The position numbers were made by a program, and so were the translations under genes. Under the pieces are notes generated by a model. That model was not told where the DNA came from, did no database searches, and saw only the letters and a list, made by a program, of their open reading frames with translations. From Acidobacteriota bacterium (lineage in GTDB: Bacteria > Acidobacteriota > UBA890 > WLXD01), in the NCBI GenBank assembly GCA_965248695.1, contig CBDFKD010000002.1, positions 3,680,001 through 3,744,000 on the forward strand: 64,000 nucleotides of DNA, in the 5' to 3' direction. Shown piece by piece: positions 56,589-64,000 of this stretch. Numbering within the stretch: the stretch's first letter is position 1; the number at the start of each line of letters is the position of its first letter.

Positions 56589-57920
56589 ATGGTTCCTGAC
56601 AGCAAGAAGCGAGCCTCGGATGGCGCGGAGGAGCGAGAGACGTTCTCGTCCGGCTGGGGGATGATCTTCGCGCTGCTAGGGGTCTCTATAGGGCTGGGCA
56701 ATTTCTGGCGCTTCCCCTACATGATGGGGATCTTCGGCGGCGGCGCATTCTTGGCGATCTACTTGCTGGTCGTGGTTACCGTCGGCGTGCCGGCGCTGCT
56801 CGCCGAGCTCACGCTCGGCCGAGCGACAGGCCGCGGCCCGGTGGAGGCGTTCGTGCGTGCCGGCATGCCCGCGGGACGCCAGATCGGGCAGCTGCTTTAC
56901 ATCGGCGTTGCAATGGCGATGACCTACTACCTTGTCGTGCTGGGATGGCTGCTCGCCTACTTCGCCATGTCGCTCGGCTGGGCGCTCGGTCTCAACGAGC
57001 TTTCCAGCGACACATTCGCTGCGCTACACGCGCGCTGGCCAGCGCAGATGCTGTGCTCGGCGATTGTCGGCGCGGCTGCTGCTGCGGTCGTTTCCAGGGG
57101 CGTTCGGCAGGGAATCGAACGTGTCAGCCGCTTCTCGCTCCCGGTGTTCGGCGTGCTCACGTTCGGGCTGGTGGCGTGGTCTGTGTCGCTCCCCGGTGCG
57201 GGGGAGGGCCTGCGCTACCTGTTTACGTTCGATTGGCGGGCGTTGACGCCGTTGGCGGTTATGGCAGCAGTGGGTCAGGCGTACTTCTCTCTCGGCCTCG
57301 GTGGCACCTTCTTGGTGATCTATGGGTCGTACCTACCGGCCGATGCTCCATTGCACAGGCGCGCCGTATCCACGGCGTTCGGCGACGTCCTGGCGAGCGT
57401 TATGGCGGCGCTGGTGGTGATTCCCGTCGCCTTTGCCTACGGGCTCTCGCCGGCGAGCGGTCCACCGTTGCTGTTCGAGGTGATGCCTGCCGCGTTCGTG
57501 GCCATGCCGGCCGGCCCCGTGTTCGGTGTTCTTTTTTTTCTGGGCCTCCTCTGCATCGCGTTTCTCTCGGGCGTTGCTGCTGTCGAGGTACTCGTCGGGT
57601 CACTCGCCGACTCTCTCGGCTGGAGCCGCAGTCGCTCAGCGTGGGCGGTATCGGCGGCGCTCGTGGTGGCCGGCCTGCCGGCGATGCTGTCGCTCGACTA
57701 CATCGTCTGGAGCGACCTCGTCTGGGGATCCACGATGCAGCCGGTAGGCAGCGTCGCGGCGGTGCTGGCGCTGGCCTGGGGATTGGGACTACCGGCGGTG
57801 CGCCGCCAACTGGTGGGGTCGGAGCCGGCACCCAGGTGGGTGAATGCCTGGTTCTTCTGGGTGCGCTACGTGGTCCCGGCAGCGGTTCTCGTAGCGCTGT
57901 TTTCCGGCTGGCTTGGCTAG
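56589..57920 (+). CDS. Sodium-dependent transporter (NSS/SNF family)
   Basis: IGLGNFWRFPY, GGGAFL, QAYFSLGLG, YGSY, GPPLLF. Confidence 0.93.
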   Translation: MVPDSKKRASDGAEERETFSSGWGMIFALLGVSIGLGNFWRFPYMMGIFGGGAFLAIYLLVVVTVGVPALLAELTLGRATGRGPVEAFVRAGMPAGRQIGQLLYIGVAMAMTYYLVVLGWLLAYFAMSLGWALGLNELSSDTFAALHARWPAQMLCSAIVGAAAAAVVSRGVRQGIERVSRFSLPVFGVLTFGLVAWSVSLPGAGEGLRYLFTFDWRALTPLAVMAAVGQAYFSLGLGGTFLVIYGSYLPADAPLHRRAVSTAFGDVLASVMAALVVIPVAFAYGLSPASGPPLLFEVMPAAFVAMPAGPVFGVLFFLGLLCIAFLSGVAAVEVLVGSLADSLGWSRSRSAWAVSAALVVAGLPAMLSLDYIVWSDLVWGSTMQPVGSVAAVLALAWGLGLPAVRRQLVGSEPAPRWVNAWFFWVRYVVPAAVLVALFSGWLG

Positions 57921-57926
57921 CAGGCC

Positions 57927-58511
57927 GTGCGGGTGCTGGTTCTCGACAACTACGATTCCTTTACTTGGAACCTGGTACAGATGATGGCTGCCCAGGGTGC
58001 CGAGTGCACCGTTCGCCGGTCCGACGCCGTGACCATCGACCAGGTAGCCGCCATGCGGCCGGAACGCATCGTGCTGTCGCCAGGTCCGTTCGGGCCGGAG
58101 CGGGCAGGCATCTGTCGCGCGGTGGTCGATCAGCTGTCCGTGCGCATACCGACTCTTGGTGTGTGCCTTGGAATGCAGGTGATCGCCGTGGCCGCGGGCG
58201 CCCGCGTGAGGAGTTCCGGCGCGCCGGTACACGGCAAGCTACGGTCGGTGCACCATTGCGGGACGGGAGTGCTACGCGGGCTCTCCAGCCCCCTGCAAGT
58301 GGGGCTCTATCACTCGCTGATCGTCGATCCGGTGAGCGTTGGGGATGACCTCGAGATCACCGCGACCGGTGATGATGGGGACGTCATCATGGGATGCCGC
58401 ATGGTCGATCGGCGAGCCGAAGGGGTGCTCTTCCACCCCGAGTCGTTCCTGACCGAGTGCGGCGGCCGGGTCCTGGCGAATTTCCTCGACGGATCGGATG
58501 TGGTCGGATAG
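57927..58511 (+). CDS. pabA: Aminodeoxychorismate/anthranilate synthase component II
   Basis: LDNYDSFTWNL, LSPGP, GVCLG, YHSL, FHPES. Confidence 0.9.
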   Translation: MRVLVLDNYDSFTWNLVQMMAAQGAECTVRRSDAVTIDQVAAMRPERIVLSPGPFGPERAGICRAVVDQLSVRIPTLGVCLGMQVIAVAAGARVRSSGAPVHGKLRSVHHCGTGVLRGLSSPLQVGLYHSLIVDPVSVGDDLEITATGDDGDVIMGCRMVDRRAEGVLFHPESFLTECGGRVLANFLDGSDVVG

Positions 58512-59919
58512 GCCGAGCGCCGCGGCGCGTGCGGCCACACGTTCACTCTTGTCCGACTGGATACCGGATCCGGGCGACGGCCAACCGTTGGGGCGCATCC
58601 CGCTCGGCATGCCCTGCGCTGCGACGGAGCTCGCCGAGGCCTTGCACAACGAGACCGGCTTCGTGTGGCTCGACGGTGCCGACCAAGGGCGCACTCTCTT
58701 CGCCCTCGATCCAGTCGCGGTTCTCGCAGCCCACGGATCGTCGACGACGCTGTGCCACGCGAGCGAGGAGACGCGTCTGCCGATCGATGCCTTCGGCGCC
58801 CTCGAGGTGCTCTTCGATCTGCTGCCGACGGGGACGCGGCTGTTCGGCTACCTGGGATACGAGCTTGCAGCACTCCTGGAGGAGCTTCCCGAGTTCCCGG
58901 CGGCCGATGCCCGGGTACCCGACCTGCACATGGGCGTCTATGACGCCTGGCTCGAAGGCGGCGACGGGCAGTGGGTTCTCACCGGGTCAGCCGTCGAGGA
59001 CCGCATGGTGGCCATGCGCGGGCGCATCGAGGCGCTGCTGAGGCAATCGCGCCGGAGCGCCGGCCGAGGTCGCCGCCATGCGCCGACCCTCTTCATGGAC
59101 GATGTCTCGAGCGTTCCCGACGGCCCTGGCTTCGAGGCCGCGGTGCGACGAACCCTGGAGCGCATAGGCGCCGGTGAGATCTTCGAGACGAATCTGTGCC
59201 GTCGCTTCTCCGCCCCATGGTCGTTGACCGATGCCTGGGAGCTCTACCGGCGGCTACGCGCTGCCAGCCCGGCGGAGTATGGCGCCTACCTGCGACTTCC
59301 GGATGCGGCGGTGTTGTCGATTAGCCCTGAGTGCTTTCTCAGGCTTCGTGGCCGGGCGGTCGAGAGCCGCCCGATCAAGGGCACGAGGGGGCGTTCCGAT
59401 CCACAGCAAGACGCCGCCGTTGTCGCCGAGTTGCGCGGTAGCGAAAAGGACACGGCTGAGCTCGCGATGATCGTCGATCTGGTGCGCAACGATCTGGGTC
59501 GGGTCAGCGTTCCCGGGAGCGTTGTCGTGAGCCAGTTCGCCGCCCCGATGATTCTCCCGACGGTGATCCACACGGTGGCTCAGGTGACTGCTCGGCTGAG
59601 GCCGGAGGTGGGGCCGGCGGACCTGCTGCGTGCGACGTTCCCCCCAGGCTCGATCACCGGCGCCCCCAAGATCCAAGCGATGAAGGTATCCGCCGCCGAG
59701 GAGCCGCTCCGGCGCGGGCCGGCGATGGGAGCGATCGGTTGGATCGACGCTGCTGGCGACCTGGAGATGTCGGTTGCGATACGCACCGCGGTCGTGACCA
59801 CCGACCGCGTCGACTACCATGCTGGCGGCGGCATCGTGGCGGATTCAGATCCGCTGGCCGAGCGCGAGGAGACGATGGCGAAGGCGCGCGCGTTCTTGCA
59901 GGCATTGGGAGTTGGTTGA
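58498..59919 (+). CDS. pabB: Aminodeoxychorismate synthase component I
   Basis: SPECFL, RPIKGT, MIVDLVRNDLG, FPPGSITGAPK, GGGIVADS. Confidence 0.9.
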   Translation: MWSDRPSAAARAATRSLLSDWIPDPGDGQPLGRIPLGMPCAATELAEALHNETGFVWLDGADQGRTLFALDPVAVLAAHGSSTTLCHASEETRLPIDAFGALEVLFDLLPTGTRLFGYLGYELAALLEELPEFPAADARVPDLHMGVYDAWLEGGDGQWVLTGSAVEDRMVAMRGRIEALLRQSRRSAGRGRRHAPTLFMDDVSSVPDGPGFEAAVRRTLERIGAGEIFETNLCRRFSAPWSLTDAWELYRRLRAASPAEYGAYLRLPDAAVLSISPECFLRLRGRAVESRPIKGTRGRSDPQQDAAVVAELRGSEKDTAELAMIVDLVRNDLGRVSVPGSVVVSQFAAPMILPTVIHTVAQVTARLRPEVGPADLLRATFPPGSITGAPKIQAMKVSAAEEPLRRGPAMGAIGWIDAAGDLEMSVAIRTAVVTTDRVDYHAGGGIVADSDPLAEREETMAKARAFLQALGVG

Positions 59920-60733
59920 GCGCCGCGCGTTCCTCAACGGCGAGCTGCGGGCCACTGACGAGGCTCGAATCGCCTGCGACGATGCCGGTTTCCTCGTCGG
60001 CGACGGGCTGTTCGAAACGCTACGAGTCAACGGTCGTCGGCCGCTGGACACGGAAGCCCATCTGGATCGTATGTTCGAGGGCCTGGCGCGGATCCGACTG
60101 GCGATTCCGGAGAACCGCGTGGCGCTGCGCTCCGCCATCGAGGCGGTGGCACGGACAGCGCCCGAGCCGGCTGCGCGTCTGCGAGTCACGGTGACGCGCG
60201 GCGGTCCGGACAGCGGCCCGACTCGGCTTGTCGTTGCGGTTCCGTATGATCCGCCGACTCCCGATGCCTACGACAACGGTGTCGAAGTGGCCGTGATCCG
60301 AGAGCTTCCCGTCGATCACCGCGATCCTCTGAGGCAACTAAAGTCGATCTCGTGGCAACGCCAATCGCTGGCGCTGGCGATGGCGAACGAGCTCGGCGCT
60401 TTCGAGGGGATCCTGCTCAACCATCGGGGCAGAGTGGCGGAGGGAGCGCGTAGCAACGTCATCGCTCGACTCGGTGATCGGGTCGTGACACCACCGCTCG
60501 ACGACGGCTGCCTTGCCGGCACCGTCCGGCGCCGCCTGCTCGAGAGTGGCCTCGTCGTGGAGGCTCGACTACGGGAGAAGGACCTGATGGACGCCGACGA
60601 GCTGGGGCTGGTCAACAGCCTGATTGGGGCCTTGCCCGTCGGCGCTGTCGGGTCACGGCAGCGAGCCGTCGGAGGGTTCACAGCGCCACTTCGTGCCGCG
60701 CTGTCAGCGTTCGGGTGGGCGGAGGTCGCTTGA
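59912..60733 (+). CDS. pabC: Class IV aminotransferase/aminodeoxychorismate lyase
   Basis: GDGLFETL, HLDR, LKS, AEGARSN, CLAGTVR; follows pabAB. Confidence 0.8.
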   Translation: MVERRAFLNGELRATDEARIACDDAGFLVGDGLFETLRVNGRRPLDTEAHLDRMFEGLARIRLAIPENRVALRSAIEAVARTAPEPAARLRVTVTRGGPDSGPTRLVVAVPYDPPTPDAYDNGVEVAVIRELPVDHRDPLRQLKSISWQRQSLALAMANELGAFEGILLNHRGRVAEGARSNVIARLGDRVVTPPLDDGCLAGTVRRRLLESGLVVEARLREKDLMDADELGLVNSLIGALPVGAVGSRQRAVGGFTAPLRAALSAFGWAEVA

Positions 60734-62898
60734 TGCGTATTGTCGGAATCTTGTTGCTGCTGGCGGTGTCCGCCGGTCCAGGGTCCGGAGGACTCGCGCA
60801 GGAGCGCGGGGACTCGACGCCGGCCGATGGGTCGATCGTCTGGCCGCCCGTGCTGCCGGCGATGGCAGAAGTGGCGGCGCTGATTCTGGAGTCCGAAGAT
60901 CGGCGCTTCGTGGCCGACGGACTTATCGAGTTGACGTCCTCGAATGATGCCGGCGTGCGGTCGCGCGCTGCCATCGCTCTCGGCCGCGTCGGGTCGCCAC
61001 GCTCGCTGTCGCGCCTCATCGAGCTCACGCGAGACTCCGAACCTGCAGTTCGTGCGGCCGCAGCCTTCGCGCTCGGACGCCTGGAGTACGACCTGGCGGT
61101 GGTTACCGAGGACGCCGAGCGTACCCGCGCTCGCGACGCGCTCTTGGCGCTGCTCGATGCACCAAACAGCCTCGCGGCGGAGCAAGCTGCGTGGGCGCTC
61201 GGCATCGTCGACGGTGGCGCCGCGACCGCGGTTGCTGACTGGTTGCAGCGTGCCGCGGGCAGCACTCCGGACACACGTCCGGACCCGGCCGTGCTGGCCG
61301 CGTTGCTCAACAGCTGGTGGCGGCTGAGCGGTGCCGATGCGACGGCCCTGCGGCCCTTCACCGGGTGGCCGGTCGTCGTCGTCCGGCTGGCTGCCGCGCA
61401 CGCGTTGAGGCGACTCAGCGATCCCAACTCACTGCCGCAGCTGCTGCCCATGCTGGATGATCCTGACGCCGAGGTGCGCCTGATGGCACTCCGTGGGCTA
61501 CGGGGCTCGCCACCACGGGTGGCGGAGCCCAATGCGATCCGCCTGTTGAGCTCGCGAGATCGACGTCTGCAGTGCGAAGCGCTGGGCTGGCTGCAGACAA
61601 CCTGGGAAGCCCAGGACGGCATCGCCGGTGACGACGCTTTCGTCGCCGTTCTGCGTCGATCGCTCGATCGGGATCTTCACGTTCGCAGTTGCGCCCTGCG
61701 CGCTCTGGGCGTGACGGTTTCGCGTCGCGGCGTCGCTTCCGATCGTCTGCTCGAGGCTTTGGATGAGGAAGAAGAGGGCGTTCGAATCGCGGCGATCCAG
61801 GGCCTAGTGGGGGCGGACAGCAAGTTGCTCCATGAGGCCGTCGCGCGCGAACGTCGGCGTGCCGGAATAGGGGACGCCGTCGATGTGGGAGCGACGCTGC
61901 TGGAGTACTTGGACGAGGCGCGGCTCGAGGCTGTCTGGTTCGCGCGTGCCCTGTCGCGCTCCGGGAAACCGGAGGATCAATCGCTTGCGGCCGCCCTGTT
62001 GCGCGCCGGCCCCCGCCCGGTGCGGGTCGCGCTGCTCGCCGAGCTCGAGCAGCGGGCGCCGGAGGACGCCTATCAACTGGCGTTCAACCTGGTTGACGGC
62101 GACCTCGAGGCGGAAGCCCTCGACGTGATCGCTCGCCACTATGACCCGTCATGGTTCGACGACGATCCGGAGCTGCAGACCGGACTAGCGGATCGACTCT
62201 GGCGACGCTACTTCGACCCGCGCGGCTCGGAGAGTCGGGGGCTACGGCTTGCTGCCCTACGCGCGCTTGCCGCGGTCAGTCGCGAGATCGTCGTACGACG
62301 CTTGTCGGTCATTCGTGATGAGCCAGATCGCTTCGTTCGATTCGCGGCGTTCGACGATCTGGGCAGTCTGCCGCAGGTGGAACGGGTGCTCTGCGACCTC
62401 GAGGCGTTGCTGGCACCGCACGCCGCGGGTCGCGATCGCGGTGGCTACGTCGAGCTCGCGAAACGCGTGTTCGACCTCCAGTCGCAGACGCCACGGCTGC
62501 ACCTTCAGACCGATCGCGGAGATGTAGTGATCGAGTTGCACGCCGATTGGGCGCCGCTCAGCGTCGTGCAACTCATCGACCTGGTGGCGTCGGGGTTCTT
62601 CGACGAAAGTAGATTCCACCGGGTCATCGCCGGGTTTGTCACCCAGGGTGGCGCCGCGGCCGACGGATCGTTGGCCCCGGCGTTGCGCAACGAGGACAGC
62701 CCCGTCGGCTATGTGCGCGGCAGTGTCGGGTTGGCACACCGCGGTCGCGATAGCGGACGATCACAGTTCTTCATTACGCACGCCGCCCAGCCTCACTTGA
62801 CCGGGGAATACTCGATGATCGGTCAGGTAGTCGATGGTCAGCGCGACGTCGAGCTCATCCAGCCAGGCGATCGCATGCGGGCGCGGATCGAACCATGA
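60733..62898 (+). CDS. Secreted HEAT-repeat plus cyclophilin PPIase
   Basis: VRAAAAFALG HEAT repeats; FHRVIAGFVTQGG, DSGRSQFFITHAAQPHL. Confidence 0.88.
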   Translation: MRIVGILLLLAVSAGPGSGGLAQERGDSTPADGSIVWPPVLPAMAEVAALILESEDRRFVADGLIELTSSNDAGVRSRAAIALGRVGSPRSLSRLIELTRDSEPAVRAAAAFALGRLEYDLAVVTEDAERTRARDALLALLDAPNSLAAEQAAWALGIVDGGAATAVADWLQRAAGSTPDTRPDPAVLAALLNSWWRLSGADATALRPFTGWPVVVVRLAAAHALRRLSDPNSLPQLLPMLDDPDAEVRLMALRGLRGSPPRVAEPNAIRLLSSRDRRLQCEALGWLQTTWEAQDGIAGDDAFVAVLRRSLDRDLHVRSCALRALGVTVSRRGVASDRLLEALDEEEEGVRIAAIQGLVGADSKLLHEAVARERRRAGIGDAVDVGATLLEYLDEARLEAVWFARALSRSGKPEDQSLAAALLRAGPRPVRVALLAELEQRAPEDAYQLAFNLVDGDLEAEALDVIARHYDPSWFDDDPELQTGLADRLWRRYFDPRGSESRGLRLAALRALAAVSREIVVRRLSVIRDEPDRFVRFAAFDDLGSLPQVERVLCDLEALLAPHAAGRDRGGYVELAKRVFDLQSQTPRLHLQTDRGDVVIELHADWAPLSVVQLIDLVASGFFDESRFHRVIAGFVTQGGAAADGSLAPALRNEDSPVGYVRGSVGLAHRGRDSGRSQFFITHAAQPHLTGEYSMIGQVVDGQRDVELIQPGDRMRARIEP

Positions 62899-62911
62899 TG
62901 GTGACCCGCGC

Positions 62912-63556
62912 ATGATCGCCGAGCCCATGACGACGCTCACCGACTACCTGCTGGCGTTGCTGGCGGCGTGGTTGGGCGTACGGTTGCTGCGTCCGTGGGC
63001 GGCCGCTCGACCGCGAGCACGCACGTTGCTCGCAGCGAGTTTCGCGACGATAGCGCTTGCAGCGGTGGTGGGTGGCACCTCGCACGGTTTCCGGCCGTTC
63101 CTCGGGGATGGAGCCAACGCAGCACTTTGGAAGGTGACCGTCCTGTCGGTGGGTGCCACCGCCTGCCTGTTCGTCGCCGCCAGCGCCTACGCTTCCCTGA
63201 GTACCCGCCCGCGCCGGATCCTGCTCGGCATCGTGATCGCACAGCTGATCGTCTACACGACCTGGATGATGCGCCACGATGAGTTCTTCTGGGTCATCGT
63301 CAACTACGTACCCCAGATGGTTGTCGTGCTCGTCTTGCAATGCGTGCAGATACGTCGAGGCGCGCCGGGCGCCGGCTGGCTCGTAGCAGGCCTGCTGGTG
63401 ACGCTCGGAAGCGCTGCGATCCAGGCCAGCGGCTTCACGCTCCACCGGCATTTCAATCACAACGACCTGTACCATGTGGTTCAAATGGCGGGCATGATGC
63501 TGCTGTTTCGCGGCGGCCGCTCGATTCGCGATCACCCGGTCGCCGATACTTCCTAG
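62912..63556 (+). CDS. Membrane protein (DUF6962-like)
   Basis: EPMTTLTDY, GGTSHG, FNHNDLYHVVQ; multi-TM. Confidence 0.75.
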   Translation: MIAEPMTTLTDYLLALLAAWLGVRLLRPWAAARPRARTLLAASFATIALAAVVGGTSHGFRPFLGDGANAALWKVTVLSVGATACLFVAASAYASLSTRPRRILLGIVIAQLIVYTTWMMRHDEFFWVIVNYVPQMVVVLVLQCVQIRRGAPGAGWLVAGLLVTLGSAAIQASGFTLHRHFNHNDLYHVVQMAGMMLLFRGGRSIRDHPVADTS

Positions 63557-63843
63557 TGGCCTGTAACAGATGAGTCGATAGTGCCGTGGTGGCGAAATGG
63601 GGTTGGATGCAAGTCGCTCCGACGAGTCGATGTTGGTGCATCTTGGAGGAGGAGCAACAGAGCAGGCGGCCCGATTTCGCCACTGTTGCTCTGGTTGGCC
63701 TGCGGACAGATAGGCAGTTGCGGGCGAACTCGGCGTTGCGACTCGTCGACGATGCACCGCGGCAACGCCATCCTCGCCGCGCCTTGATCTCGCCCGCAAA
63801 TCCCATCTGCGGCGCTATCGATTCATCTGTTACAGACCACTAG
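63553..63843. mobile_element. Full-length 291-bp MITE, second variant
   Basis: TIR ctagtggcctgtaacagatgagtcgatagtgccg (34 bp, 3 mismatches between arms); colinear with 48854-49143. Confidence 0.9.
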
Positions 63844-63851
63844 GGTGGACG

Positions 63852-64000
63852 ATGCAGATCCTCGCCGGAACAAGCGGGTTCTCCTACAAGGCATGGAAGG
63901 GGAACTTCTACCCGGAGGATCTTCCGGACACGCGGATGCTGGAGTACTACTCCAGCCGATTGCCAAGCGTGGAGATCAACAACACCTTCTATCGCATGCC
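63852..64000 (+). CDS. DUF72 family protein (5' part)
   Basis: MQILAGTSGFSYKAWKGNFYP..VEINNTFYRMP. Confidence 0.9.
   Translation, partial: MQILAGTSGFSYKAWKGNFYPEDLPDTRMLEYYSSRLPSVEINNTFYRM

Noticed and set aside
1-64000. CRISPR array, rRNA, integrase or transposase genes
   Set aside because: No regularly spaced repeat-spacer series, rRNA-like sequence or recombinase ORF was seen

Overview
A GC-rich, mostly housekeeping bacterial window. It is probably Acidobacteriota, inferred from the VWFA-related domain, PEGA/NHL proteins and the futalosine route. Core content: a complete Rrf2-sufCBD-Rieske-sufS-sufU-sufT operon, futalosine menaquinone genes (ubiA/ubiX/ubiD-type, mqnE, mqnA, mqnC, mqnD, menG), lspA-lgt-rluD-EF-G2, pabABC, Fur, and envelope proteins. 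Four things stand out. (1) A probable selenoprotein: a lipoprotein with a TlpA-like redoxin domain whose active site reads TGA-Leu-Ala-Cys (UxxC), followed by a SECIS-like hairpin; the ORF track splits it in two (52902-53906). (2) A family of about 290-bp, internally structured IS630-like MITEs with CTAG ends: two full copies and four collapsed or solo ends, all at gene 3' ends and overlapping stop codons, with inner TIR segments that co-vary between copies. (3) A tRNA-Val(CAC) followed by two more copies of its own 3' half, which delimit integrase-less islets (sulfatase, a decayed PIN toxin-antitoxin pair, a frameshifted DUF5674 pair), with arm-like repeats and a degenerate tRNA 5' half nearby. 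(4) Smaller anomalies: an alanine racemase with a Tat signal, an in-frame amber codon in a kynureninase-like gene, and several operator-like palindromes. All family calls come from motif recognition only; no searches were run.
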